The notes: generated from the letters alone by a model not told the origin. 64,000 nucleotides of DNA from Deltaproteobacteria bacterium (GCA_016218805.1 JACRCW010000159.1:1-64000), one strand, 5' to 3'; shown: positions 30,170 through 39,983, numbered from the stretch's first letter. Made by a program: numbers and translations.

Positions 30170-30856
30170 ATGGCGTGGGTCCCGCCCAAGAGCCTGCAAT
30201 ACAAGCCGGAGGAAATCCCGGCGGCGGTCCAGGCGCGCGTGCACCTGCAGCGCGCTGACGAGGTGAAGCAGCCGCACTTCCGTTACCTGGAACTGTGGAA
30301 GGGTTTTGAGGCGATGTACCGGGAAGAGGACAAGTCCTCCAACAAGCTGCTGGCCAACCGGCAGGGCGGCCGCGCGGCGGGTGAGCTGGACCTCATTGCC
30401 GCGCTGCTGACGTCGCTGTCACGGCCGCGCGCGGAGCAGCTGCTGGCGCACGCGGAGCTGCCCAACCTGCTGGGAGCGCTGGCGCGCAAGAATCTCAAGC
30501 GTCTCATTGGGGAAAACGACCTCATGCGGGACCTGGGCATGACCGAAGGCGAGTTCCACCACGCCAAGAAAGACCTGCAATTCAACCTCAAGGCGAATTA
30601 CTGGAAAGCCACGGAGGCGCTGGCGCGGCTGCTGTTCGTGGTCCGGGCCGCGTGCGATCCCACCGTGCGCAAGACCGACAACCTGGTCTCCGACGAGCCC
30701 ACGCTCAAGAGCGCCACGGAAATCCTGAAATTCGCGTTGCGCACGCTGACCGACCAGATGGGCGAGGAGCAGGGGACGTTCATGGGCGTGGGCAAGCGCA
30801 CGGAAGTTGCTGAGGGTGAGCGCAAACGCGCCCTGCAGCGCGGCCGCAAGGCCTGA
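30170..30856 (+). CDS. Hypothetical protein, HEPN-like with degenerate active site
   Basis: GAGG RBS, host-like codons; LW..FEA.Y and LL..VR pattern. Confidence 0.6.
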   Translation: MAWVPPKSLQYKPEEIPAAVQARVHLQRADEVKQPHFRYLELWKGFEAMYREEDKSSNKLLANRQGGRAAGELDLIAALLTSLSRPRAEQLLAHAELPNLLGALARKNLKRLIGENDLMRDLGMTEGEFHHAKKDLQFNLKANYWKATEALARLLFVVRAACDPTVRKTDNLVSDEPTLKSATEILKFALRTLTDQMGEEQGTFMGVGKRTEVAEGERKRALQRGRKA

Positions 30857-31002
30857 CCCGCGCTGATCTGGCGCACCGGAACGCGGCAGCCGGCGAAGAT
30901 CCAAGCTGCATTGGATGTCATCCAATCATGAAATCGGAGCGGTTCCGCGGCCGCGAGGGAGCCGGTACACCGGGCGTCACGCTTGCATTGACTGGGATGA
31001 CC

Positions 31003-32367
31003 ATGACGCAAAGGCCCTCTTCGCGGATTTCCGGTTTCTACCAACTCACCCCTGAGGAGCGCCGCGCGCGCTTGTTGGCCGCGGGCGGTGCTACCCGCGC
31101 TGACCTGGAGGCGCTGCTGCCGGCGCACGGGCTGACGCTGGAGGTGGCGGACAAGATGGTGGAGAACGTCATCGGCGTGCTGGGCATGCCGGTGGGGCTG
31201 GGGCTCAACTTCACCATCAACGGCAAGGACCGCCTGGTGCCCATGGCGGTGGAGGAGCCCAGCGTCATAGCCGCGGTGTCCTTTGTGGCGCGGCTGGCGC
31301 GGGACGGCGGCGGTTTCCAGACGGACGTGGACCCGCCCATGATGATTGGCCAGGTGCAGGTGGTGGAGCTGGCGGACGTGGCGGCGGCGGCCCGCGCCGT
31401 GACGCGCCACAAGCGCCGCATCATGGAGGCAGCCAACGCATGCGCGCCGCGCATGTCCGCGCGTGGCGGCGGCTGCAAGGACGTGGAGGTCCGCATCCTG
31501 CGGGACGAGCCCGACGCGGACGGGCGCACCGACGGTGGCGGGGACATGCTGTGCGTGCACCTGGTCATTGATTGCCGCGAGGCCATGGGTGCCAACGCGG
31601 TCAATGAAATGGCCGAGGGCGTGGCCGGCACGGTGGAGGATCTGACCGGTGGCCGCGTGGTGCTGCGCATCCTCTCCAACCTGGCGGACCGCCGGCGGGC
31701 GCGCGCCTCCTGCACCATCCCGTTCAAGAGCCTGCAGTGTGACGGCTACAGCGGCGAAGAAGTGGCGCGTGGGATTGTGGACGCGTGGCGGTTTGCGCGG
31801 CGGGACCCGTACCGCGCGGCCACGCACAACAAGGGCATCCTCAACGGCATTGACGCGGTGGCCCTGGCGACGGGGAATGACTGGCGCGCGGTGGAGGCCG
31901 GGGCGCACGCGTACGCCGCGCGTGACGGCCGCTACACCAGCCTGACGCGTTACGAGATCCGCGGGCAGGCGCTCCACGCCAGCATTGAGTTGCCCATGGC
32001 GGTGGGCGTCATTGGCGGGACCACCAGCCTGCACCCGGCCGTGTTGGCGTGCCGGCGCATCCTGCACGCGGACAGCGCCGGGGACCTGGCCGGAGTGATG
32101 GCCGCGGTGGGACTCAGCCAGAACCTGGGCGCGCTGCGTGCGCTGGCCACGGAGGGCATCCAGCGCGGCCACATGGCGCTGCACGCGCGCCAGGTGGCGC
32201 TGGCGGCGGGAGCCACCGGGGCTCTGGTGGATGAGGTCGCGGCCCGCCTGGTGGCCATGCGGCAGGTCAAACTGGACGCGGCCAAGGAGATCATGGCCGA
32301 GATGGGTGCGCGTCATGCGCGGAGCTTTCCCCCGGCGCCGGTTGAAGCGGAAGCCGCGGCGGGCTGA
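31003..32367 (+). CDS. mvaA: Class II HMG-CoA reductase
   Basis: MVENVIG, PMAVEEPSVIAA, EAMGAN, ILSNL, RAATHNKG, GIQRGHM. Confidence 0.93.
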   Translation: MTQRPSSRISGFYQLTPEERRARLLAAGGATRADLEALLPAHGLTLEVADKMVENVIGVLGMPVGLGLNFTINGKDRLVPMAVEEPSVIAAVSFVARLARDGGGFQTDVDPPMMIGQVQVVELADVAAAARAVTRHKRRIMEAANACAPRMSARGGGCKDVEVRILRDEPDADGRTDGGGDMLCVHLVIDCREAMGANAVNEMAEGVAGTVEDLTGGRVVLRILSNLADRRRARASCTIPFKSLQCDGYSGEEVARGIVDAWRFARRDPYRAATHNKGILNGIDAVALATGNDWRAVEAGAHAYAARDGRYTSLTRYEIRGQALHASIELPMAVGVIGGTTSLHPAVLACRRILHADSAGDLAGVMAAVGLSQNLGALRALATEGIQRGHMALHARQVALAAGATGALVDEVAARLVAMRQVKLDAAKEIMAEMGARHARSFPPAPVEAEAAAG

Positions 32368-32370
32368 CCG

Positions 32371-33345
32371 GTGCTGACGCCGCACCCCGGAGACCGCCCG
32401 GCGCGTGAGGTGCTGGGCCACGGCGAAGCGCCCGGCAAGGTCATCCTCCTGGGCGAGCACAGCGTGGTGTACGGGCACCCGGCCATTGCCGCGGCGCTGT
32501 CCCGCGGGGTGCGCGTGTCCATTGAATCCAATGACGAGGGGCCCACCTTCCGCGCGCCGCGGTGGGGCGTGGCCACCGTGCTGGCGGATGCGCCGGACGT
32601 GGCGCCGCTGGGCGTGGCGCTGGAGCGCGTCCGCCGGGCGGTGGCGCCGGGCCTGACGCGCGTGGCGGCGGTGGCGGAGGACCGCCTGCCGCTGGGCGCG
32701 GGCCTGGGCAGCTCCGCGGCGCTGACGGTGGCCACGGCGCGCGCGTTTGCCGCCGCGGCGGGAACCACGCTGACCGCGGAGCGGCTCACACAGGTCTGCC
32801 ACCTGGCCGAGCAGGTCTTCCACGGCAACCCCAGCGGCGTGGACCAGGCCACCGTGGTGCACGGCGGCATCCTGCGCTTTCAACGCCCGCCCGGGGGAAC
32901 GCCGGACCTCCGCGCTCTCAAGCCGCCCCAGCCCATGACGCTGGTGGTGGCGCTGATGCGCCCGCACGTGGGGACCAAGGAGGCCGTGGAGGGGCTGCGC
33001 GCGCGGCGGGAGCGGCACAAGCGCACGTTTGAAGCGCTGCTGCATGAGCTGGGCGCCCTGGCGCAGGACGGCGTGGCGCTGCTGGAGCAGGCGGACTGGG
33101 CGGGCCTGGGCGAGCGCATGGACCTGGCGCACGGGCTGCTGCACGCGCTGGGGGTGTCCAGCGACGACCTGGACCAGCTGGTCCGGCTGGGACGCAACCA
33201 CGGCGCGCTGGGCGCGAAGCTCACTGGAGCAGGGATTGGCGGTGCGGTGGTCATGTTGACCGACGGTGACCTCGATCACACGCGCCGGCTGGTGTTGGCG
33301 CTGAGGGCGCACGGCGCGCAGGCGTTTTCCACGGAAGTGGTGTAG
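32371..33345 (+). CDS. mvk: Mevalonate kinase
   Basis: GKVILLGEHSVVYG, PLGAGLGSSAA, HGNPSGVD, GAKLTGAG.GG. Confidence 0.9.
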   Translation: MLTPHPGDRPAREVLGHGEAPGKVILLGEHSVVYGHPAIAAALSRGVRVSIESNDEGPTFRAPRWGVATVLADAPDVAPLGVALERVRRAVAPGLTRVAAVAEDRLPLGAGLGSSAALTVATARAFAAAAGTTLTAERLTQVCHLAEQVFHGNPSGVDQATVVHGGILRFQRPPGGTPDLRALKPPQPMTLVVALMRPHVGTKEAVEGLRARRERHKRTFEALLHELGALAQDGVALLEQADWAGLGERMDLAHGLLHALGVSSDDLDQLVRLGRNHGALGAKLTGAGIGGAVVMLTDGDLDHTRRLVLALRAHGAQAFSTEVV

Positions 33346-33380
33346 GACGGGCGGCCTTGTTCGGCGGTTGGGAGGCTTCA

Positions 33381-33758
33381 ATGACGACGACAAAAACGCT
33401 TGGTCACGCCACGGGAACGGACGCCCCCGCCGGGCCCACCACGTTTGTGATTGAAGGACAGGGCGGGATCTTCCGTACCGTCACCGGCGCCGTGCACCAG
33501 GACGAAGCGGTGGTGGCGCTCCACGCGGACAACCCGCTGGTGAGCCTGCTGCAGCGGGGCGACACCATCCGTCTCATCCAGGCGGATGGCCGCGCCTGGG
33601 ACGCCACTGCGCACGCGGCCCCGGCATCCGCCAGCCTGGCCGCGGCGGTCCGCGCGCGCGCGCTGGCGGTGCCCCGCGCCACGGGAACGCCGCACGTGTT
33701 CCGCCTGGCGCTGGGCCGCCCCCACGGCGCCGAACGCGGCCACAGCCCGCTGACCTGA
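33381..33758 (+). CDS. Hypothetical protein
   Basis: GGAGG RBS, host-like codons. Confidence 0.55.
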   Translation: MTTTKTLGHATGTDAPAGPTTFVIEGQGGIFRTVTGAVHQDEAVVALHADNPLVSLLQRGDTIRLIQADGRAWDATAHAAPASASLAAAVRARALAVPRATGTPHVFRLALGRPHGAERGHSPLT

Positions 33759-33790
33759 AGCACGCCTTTCCGCCCGGAAGCGGCCCTCAG

Positions 33791-34048
33791 TGCACGTCCC
33801 CAGAGAAAGCTGATCCTATGAGGCGCGCTTGCGTGCGGGGTCCGCCATCGACGGCAGAGGGCGGGCATTGACCCTCGGCGTAGGGCGGGGGCTCGTCCCC
33901 CGCCCGGTTCACTCAAACGCGGGCGCTCGCGCTTCCCTGACGGCATGGTGTGCGAGCCGCCCCATCACCGCACGGAGAGCAGGGTCGAGCCGAATCCGTT
34001 CTCTGCGACACGGCGGAGTAGGTCATTCGCGTCTGAACGGCTCTGCAT
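33791..34048. ncRNA. Candidate multi-helix structured RNA, family not recognised
   Basis: Gap between convergent genes; long-range pairs CAGAG/CTCTG and TGA(T)CCTA/TAGGTCA enclose several hairpins. Confidence 0.45.
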
Positions 34049-34069
34049 CTCAATCGGGCGGGGGACTAC

Positions 34070-34150
34070 GAGGAACGCGCGGAAACCAGCGTAAAGACTT
34101 GCGAAAACCCGCGGAAAGACCTGCGGAAACCAGAGAAAACACGCGGAACA
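34070..34150. repeat. Helically phased GCGGAAAC-like direct repeats
   Basis: Eight copies at 34070, 34079, 34089, 34101, 34111, 34123, 34133 and 34143. Confidence 0.65.
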
Positions 34151-34255
34151 TCTCCCTCCGACACAAGCGGCGGCTGGAACGCACCGATCCACGGCGCCTT
34201 GGCGGCAGCGGCGCAGAAGCCCGCTCACAAGGTCACCGTTCTCCGGGGAGGGTAC

Positions 34256-35665
34256 TCAGCGCACGCGGCGCCGCGCCAGGAACAGCGCTGACAGCAGCAC
34301 GCGCCACCACGCCGGCGCCCGGCCGGGCGCTGCGCACGCACAGCCGTCGTCGGGGGGAGGTTCCTCGGGGACTTCTTCGTAGGGCGGGTAATACGGCCCT
34401 GCCGCGTCCGCGGTGCCCCCGTCCGGGCGCGGTGTGCCGGCATCCGTCCGCGGCCCCGCGTCCGGCACCACCACCACACCACCGTCCTCCTTGGGCGGGG
34501 CCACCGCGCAGCGCAGGTCACCCGCAGCACCGCGGCACGCCAGGCCCACGCACTGGTACGGGTTCAGGCACGCGTCGCCGGTGGGGCGCGTGCCGGGCTC
34601 CGCGCAGATCCCCGCGCCGTAACCCAGGTCAATGCACCGCGCCGGTGCGGTGCAGTTCCCGTCCCGCATGCACAGGTGGCGGCAGCGGTAGGCACCGTCA
34701 AAGTCCAGCAGGCAGCGGTTGTTGGACCCGCCACCGCAGTCCGCGTCCACCACGCAACCCCGCCCCGGTGCGCAGACGTGCGCGGCGCCCACCGCCGCGC
34801 AGGCGTCCCCCGCCTGGCAGTCCGTGCCACCCGGTGTGCACGCGCGGGAGCACGCCCCCGGGTCGTACCCGTCGGTGCTCCACACGTCCCGCAGGCACAG
34901 GCCCGTGGTGCACTGGTTGTCATCCACGCATTCCGCGCCGTAGCCCGCGGCGCCCGGGACGCACGCGCCGCCGTTGCACACCAGGCGCGTGTTTTCACCG
35001 CCCAGCCGGCGGATGAGCAGCGGGCAGTCCGCGTTGGAGGTGCACGTGAACGCGCCGGGCGACAGGTAGCGCGCACCGCGGATGTCGTCGTCAGACAACT
35101 GGTGGCGGAACGTGGTCCCCCGGCGGGCCCCCGTGTACATGGCCACGCGCGAATCCCACGCGTGCCACAGCCCCAGCAGGTGGCCCAGTTCGTGGCCGGC
35201 AATGGACTGCACGTCCACGCCGAACGGGTTGCCGTCCGTGACCCACGGCGCCTCGGTGCCGTTGAGCAGCACGTCCGCGTCCGTGAACGTGCTGGGGTTG
35301 CCCGCCTGGATGTTGGGAATGGTGGTGCCCAGCGCGCCGTCCGCGGCGCCGGGCCAGCCGCTCTCCACAAAGATCACCGCGTTCACGCCGTCATCGCCCC
35401 ACGCGCGTGATGAGACGGGCGCGCCCTCCGTCACCGTGAGCCGCCCGCCCAGCGCCGTATTCCATTGGGTGATCGCCGCGCGCACGGCCGCAAGATCAGA
35501 CCCGTCCGTGACGTCATCCGAGCCGTCTGACTGCAGGACCACACCCACGCTGGAAGACGGCCAGCGCACCGGCGCGTTGGGATGGGAGGGATCCGTGAAC
35601 GCGGCGAAGGCCCGCGCAGGGAAGGGCAGGGCGGCGGCCAGCGCCACGCCGAGGAGGCGCCTCAT
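34256..35665 (-). CDS. Matrixin (M10) metalloprotease with Cys-rich repeats and MYXO-CTERM-like tail
   Basis: Signal peptide, DADVLLN, HELGHLLGLWH, Met-turn, C-terminal GCAC..TM..RRR. Confidence 0.85.
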   Translation of the reverse strand: MRRLLGVALAAALPFPARAFAAFTDPSHPNAPVRWPSSSVGVVLQSDGSDDVTDGSDLAAVRAAITQWNTALGGRLTVTEGAPVSSRAWGDDGVNAVIFVESGWPGAADGALGTTIPNIQAGNPSTFTDADVLLNGTEAPWVTDGNPFGVDVQSIAGHELGHLLGLWHAWDSRVAMYTGARRGTTFRHQLSDDDIRGARYLSPGAFTCTSNADCPLLIRRLGGENTRLVCNGGACVPGAAGYGAECVDDNQCTTGLCLRDVWSTDGYDPGACSRACTPGGTDCQAGDACAAVGAAHVCAPGRGCVVDADCGGGSNNRCLLDFDGAYRCRHLCMRDGNCTAPARCIDLGYGAGICAEPGTRPTGDACLNPYQCVGLACRGAAGDLRCAVAPPKEDGGVVVVPDAGPRTDAGTPRPDGGTADAAGPYYPPYEEVPEEPPPDDGCACAAPGRAPAWWRVLLSALFLARRRVR

Positions 35666-36165
35666 GGCCGGCCCCGCAGCAACGGGCGCAGCGCGTCCAG
35701 TGTGAGGGTGCGGGCGGGGGACACGCGCAGGGCGGTGCCGTCCCACACGGGCGCGGTGGCCTGCCAGGACAGGATTCCGCCGGGACCCACGCGCAGGCGG
35801 CCCTGGCTCATGCCCGCAAGGTGGAATTCCCCCGGCGCGGGCGCTGCGCGCAGGAACAGCACCACGCGGTCACCCGGCTGCAGGTCCGCCACGCCCTCCA
35901 CGGGCTGGATGTCGCGGCCCACCCGGCCGCCCAACTGCACCACCCGCACGCTGTCCGGGCGCGGCCCGGCCAGCACTTCGTCCACGGTGACGTCTGTGAG
36001 CGTGTGGATCACCCGCCCGCGCCACTCCGCGCGCGAAGCGCCCACCGTCCCGCGCACCACCACGGCGGAACGGGCGGCCAGCTCCTCAAGGGTGAACGCC
36101 TGGAGCACCGTGGCTGCCGCGGGCGCCGTGCAGGCGACCGCCGCCACCAACGCCATCACGCGCAT
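35662..36165 (-). CDS. Secreted protein coupled to the matrixin gene
   Basis: Signal peptide, TLEELAARSAVVVRGTV, GDRVVLFL; ATGA overlap. Confidence 0.7.
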   Translation of the reverse strand: MRVMALVAAVACTAPAAATVLQAFTLEELAARSAVVVRGTVGASRAEWRGRVIHTLTDVTVDEVLAGPRPDSVRVVQLGGRVGRDIQPVEGVADLQPGDRVVLFLRAAPAPGEFHLAGMSQGRLRVGPGGILSWQATAPVWDGTALRVSPARTLTLDALRPLLRGRP

Positions 36166-36186
36166 GTTGCCTCCCGGGACGTGTGG

Positions 36187-36672
36187 TCAGGCTTCCACGT
36201 GGGGAGGCAACAGTGCCACCGGTTGCTCGCCCGCGGAAAGCAGGGACGGCTCCGACCGGGGGTCGGCCACCAGGGACGGGCGCACCGGGACGGGGTTGCC
36301 GTCGCTTTCCAGCGCTGCTTCCACGCGGTCCCGCACGTCGTCTGCGTGGCGCTCCAGGTCCGCGCCGCGCCGTTCCATCAGCATGAGGTGGCTCTCCTGC
36401 GCGCGCCGCTCCATCTGCAGGCGCGCGGTCACCAGCGCCGGGTCAAACGACGACGGCGTGGTGCCGGCCACGCCACCCAACACCTGCGCAAAGGTCACGC
36501 CCAACTGCGCCCGGGAGGCTCCCCCCGCGCTGCCCAACGCGTTCATCTGCGCGCGAGCGGCCTCCTGTGCGCGCACGGCGGACACGTTGTCCCCCGCGCC
36601 GACGGCATACGCCGCCCGGAGCGCCGCCGTGGTGGCGCTGGCAACCCTGGAGATTCCGCGGACGGGGCCCAT
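36187..36672 (-). CDS. Hypothetical protein
   Basis: 161-aa ORF filling the gap, same strand as its neighbours. Confidence 0.5.
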   Translation of the reverse strand: MGPVRGISRVASATTAALRAAYAVGAGDNVSAVRAQEAARAQMNALGSAGGASRAQLGVTFAQVLGGVAGTTPSSFDPALVTARLQMERRAQESHLMLMERRGADLERHADDVRDRVEAALESDGNPVPVRPSLVADPRSEPSLLSAGEQPVALLPPHVEA

Positions 36673-36740
36673 GGAACGCAGGTGACTCTAGCGGAGCGCC
36701 CGCGGCCTGCAACCGCCGCCAACGTCGACAAACGGCGGAT

Positions 36741-39700
36741 TCAACCCTGCTCCTTGCCCTTGCCCTGCAGGTCAATCAGGGCGCGCAACCGGCGCGCCAG
36801 CACGGTGAAAAGCCCGCGCGTGAGCTCCGGCCGGTCCATGACCAGGTCCATGAACGCGTCACAGTGGATGCTGAGCAGTTCCGCGCCCAGCCCGCTGGCC
36901 ACCACGGCGGTCGTCGGGCGCGGGCCGCGGTCCAGCAGGCTCACCTGGCCCAGGGATTCGCCCGGACCCAGCCGAAGGAACGCGCGCTGCTGCCGGATGA
37001 GGTCCACCTGGCCGCTGACCAGCACCATCATCGTCTCGCCGGGCTCGCCCTCGCGGTACAGCACCTCGCCGGGCTCCGCGTGGCGCTCTTCCGCCACCGC
37101 CGCCATGGCGGCCAGGTCGTCCACGGACAGGCCCTCAAACAGGTCCACCTTCTCCAGCGCCAGGATGCGGGATAGGAGCTTTTCGTCCATGGGGACTGCC
37201 TCCTCGGAGTCCGTGGGGTCATTGACCTGCGGCAGTGGGATGTCCGGGTCCGTGGGCGGCATGGGCATCAGCAGCGCGGCCGCCGGGCGCGAGGATTCAT
37301 CATCCCGGATGACACCGCTGCGCAGCACGCGCTGCGCCCAGACGGCCACCAGCGGGTCCGTGCTCACGCGCAGCGCGCGGACGGTGTCCGCCACCTGGGC
37401 CCACGGCACGTTGCGGTCACCGCGGATGGGTGGCGCGGGTTCCAGCACGCGGATGACCTCGTCATGCAGCGGGTCTCCCTGCAGCGCCACGTCCATGACC
37501 TCCAGCGCGTCACCGCGGAGCATCTGCACCTCCTCCAACGACGCGCCCAGCAGCGCGCGCCGCTCCGCCTCCGCCAGGCGCCGCGCCGCGCGGTCCATCC
37601 GCTCCGTGCCGCGGTGCAGCCCCAGCAGGCGCACGGACATCTGCAGGTTCTGCAGCAGCCGGTCAAAGGTGGTGTGCCGCAGCATGTTCCACGCGCGTCC
37701 TGCGGGGCCGCCGCGCGGGGCGGAGACGTCACCGGCGGCCAGCGCGTGGCACAGCGGCCGGTAGTGCTCAAACGCGGCCAGGCGGCGGCGGCACGCGTCA
37801 TCCGTGCGGTCCCGGTCCAGCGGGATCTCCGGGTGGCGGTGATGCAGCTGGAACAATGAACTGGCAATGCGCCACCGCAGCGACGGGTTGTCCCGGATGT
37901 TGCTGAACAGCAGCGCGTCCGCAGCCAGCGGCGTTCCCACCAGCCGCAGCAGCCGGGGGATCTCAATGCGCACGGCCAGCGGCAGTGAGCGGTCATCCAG
38001 GTTGGCGCGCAACTGCGGGACCACGGCGTCACCCAGCCGGGCCAGGGCCTGGCGCGCCTCGGCGCGGTCCTGCCGCGCGGCCAGGCGGGCCTGCACCGCG
38101 GGCACCAGGTCCATGACGTCATCCGGACGGCCGCGCCGCACCGCAGCCTCCGCCAGGTGCGCCGCGGATTGCAGCGCAATGGCGCGCACGGACGCCTCAG
38201 CGTCACGCAGCAGCGTGGGAAGCTCATCCACCGCCCACGACGGAGGCAGCTCACCCAGCAGGCGCGCCAGCTCGCGGCGTTCCGCGGTGGGGGCCTGGCC
38301 CCGGCGGGACAGCAGTTCCTCCAGGCGCCCTTCCGCTTCAGTGCGCGCCTCCGGCAGGCGGTGGAGCGCGGCGACGACGGCGCACGACACGCCGGGGTCC
38401 GCGTCATGCAGGTAGGGCCGCAGGATCTCCACCGCGCGCTCCGGGTTGACGCGTGCCAACGCGCGTGCCGCCGCGGCCCGCGGGCGCCGGCGGTCCGCGG
38501 CAAGGATGGCGCCCAGGGTGGATTCAATGGCGGCCGTGGGGTGCGCGGGCACCAGATCCAGCCCGGCCAGGCGCACGGCCTCGTCGGGGTGGGTCAGCAG
38601 GTCCGCCAGGTGGTCCTCCGGGCGGAAGCCGCGGTGCCGCTTGAGGATGTCCAGCGCGGCCAGCACGTCCGTGGGCTGCGGTGAGCGCAGCGCGTGCCGC
38701 AGCGCATCCCGCGTGGCGCGGTCCACCACGTCCACGGTGAGCACCACGCGCGCGCGGGACCCGCGCAGCTTCTCCTCCAGCGCGCCCAGGTACGCGCCGC
38801 GCAGCAGGCGGATGAGCACCAGGCAGGCCACCGCGGGGAACGCCACCAGCCACGGCGAGGCCAGGCGCGGAAACACGGACACCAGCCCGGAGATGAACGC
38901 GCCCGCGCCGGCCATCCCGCCCTTCTTCACCAGCCCGTCAATGAACGCGCGCACGGCGGGGCGGTTCTCCGCCGGCACCGGGTTGTACAGCAGCTGCATG
39001 CCGGCCTGCAGGATGGAGTAGCTGCCCGCCATCTCCAGCGCCTTCATGACAACGAGCAGCCAGAATGCGCCGGTCAGCGCGGCCGCGCCGGAAGTGAACA
39101 GCAGCAGCACGGGCACCACTGCCAGGAACAGGAACAGGCCGCCGCGGTCCAGCACGCGGTGCGTGAGGAACACCTGGTAGAGCACCGCGGCCAGCCCCAC
39201 GGCCGCGTTGAGGTCACCAAACAGCGCGGCCAGCTGCGGTTCTGTGAGCCGGTCCGCCGCGCCCAGGCGGAACACCCAGTCCACAAACGCGCCCAGGCCG
39301 GAGAACGTGGCGGCCAGCAGCGCCACCGCGCGCGGGTAGGTGCGGCCGGCCAGATAGCGGGCGCCGGCAAACATGCCCGGGTTGCGGCTGCGCTCCGGCG
39401 CGGTCCGCCCCGCGTCCGCCAGCAGGCCCAGCGCAGCCACCGTCACCAGCACGGAGACCACCGCGATGACAACGGAGCCCACCAGGTGCGCCAGCACGCG
39501 CGTGGCCAGGCCGCCCACCAACGCGCCCAGCATGCCGCCGGCGGAGATGAGCCCAAACGCACGCCGTGACGAACGCGCGTCAAACCAGCCGGACACCACG
39601 CTCCAGAACAGGATGGACAGGGTGGTCGCGTACAGCTCGCCCACGACGTACAGCGGTCCCAGCACCTGCGGGAGGTCCGCCAGGAACAACGCGCACGCGG

Positions 39701-39983
39701 CGGACACCAGCACGGCGAAGCCCCACGCGCCCGCGCGCAGCAGCGTGGCCGGCGTGTAGCGGGCCAGCGGGCCGGCAAGCATCACCGTGGTGAGTGCCAT
39801 CAGCACGGCGACGGAGATGTACAGCTGCGCCAGGCCCTCCGGCGGGCGGTGGGCCAGGTACAGCGCGTTGGTGGCGCACTTGAGCGCCGTGACCGACCCG
39901 ACGAAGGCCGCGTGGAACGCCGCCGCGCGCACCGTGTGGGGCGCCACGCTGCCAAGTCCCAGCCGCTCCAGCCAGCCGCTCAT
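36741..39983 (-). CDS. Npt1/TLC-like transporter domain + HEAT repeats + cNMP-binding domain
   Basis: Multi-TM N-terminus (FWS..FD.RSSRRAFGLI..GG, LYNPVP..R.FID), helical repeats, C-terminal YREGEPG..GE.LG..PRPTTA. Confidence 0.8.
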   Translation of the reverse strand: MSGWLERLGLGSVAPHTVRAAAFHAAFVGSVTALKCATNALYLAHRPPEGLAQLYISVAVLMALTTVMLAGPLARYTPATLLRAGAWGFAVLVSAACALFLADLPQVLGPLYVVGELYATTLSILFWSVVSGWFDARSSRRAFGLISAGGMLGALVGGLATRVLAHLVGSVVIAVVSVLVTVAALGLLADAGRTAPERSRNPGMFAGARYLAGRTYPRAVALLAATFSGLGAFVDWVFRLGAADRLTEPQLAALFGDLNAAVGLAAVLYQVFLTHRVLDRGGLFLFLAVVPVLLLFTSGAAALTGAFWLLVVMKALEMAGSYSILQAGMQLLYNPVPAENRPAVRAFIDGLVKKGGMAGAGAFISGLVSVFPRLASPWLVAFPAVACLVLIRLLRGAYLGALEEKLRGSRARVVLTVDVVDRATRDALRHALRSPQPTDVLAALDILKRHRGFRPEDHLADLLTHPDEAVRLAGLDLVPAHPTAAIESTLGAILAADRRRPRAAAARALARVNPERAVEILRPYLHDADPGVSCAVVAALHRLPEARTEAEGRLEELLSRRGQAPTAERRELARLLGELPPSWAVDELPTLLRDAEASVRAIALQSAAHLAEAAVRRGRPDDVMDLVPAVQARLAARQDRAEARQALARLGDAVVPQLRANLDDRSLPLAVRIEIPRLLRLVGTPLAADALLFSNIRDNPSLRWRIASSLFQLHHRHPEIPLDRDRTDDACRRRLAAFEHYRPLCHALAAGDVSAPRGGPAGRAWNMLRHTTFDRLLQNLQMSVRLLGLHRGTERMDRAARRLAEAERRALLGASLEEVQMLRGDALEVMDVALQGDPLHDEVIRVLEPAPPIRGDRNVPWAQVADTVRALRVSTDPLVAVWAQRVLRSGVIRDDESSRPAAALLMPMPPTDPDIPLPQVNDPTDSEEAVPMDEKLLSRILALEKVDLFEGLSVDDLAAMAAVAEERHAEPGEVLYREGEPGETMMVLVSGQVDLIRQQRAFLRLGPGESLGQVSLLDRGPRPTTAVVASGLGAELLSIHCDAFMDLVMDRPELTRGLFTVLARRLRALIDLQGKGKEQG

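Noticed and set aside
30972..30987. GG-N10-GC sigma54-like motif before mvaA
   Set aside because: Weak -24 match and too close to the likely start codons
33791..34048. RNase P, tmRNA, SRP, TPP or FMN riboswitch identity
   Set aside because: Hallmark motifs absent or in the wrong order; left unassigned
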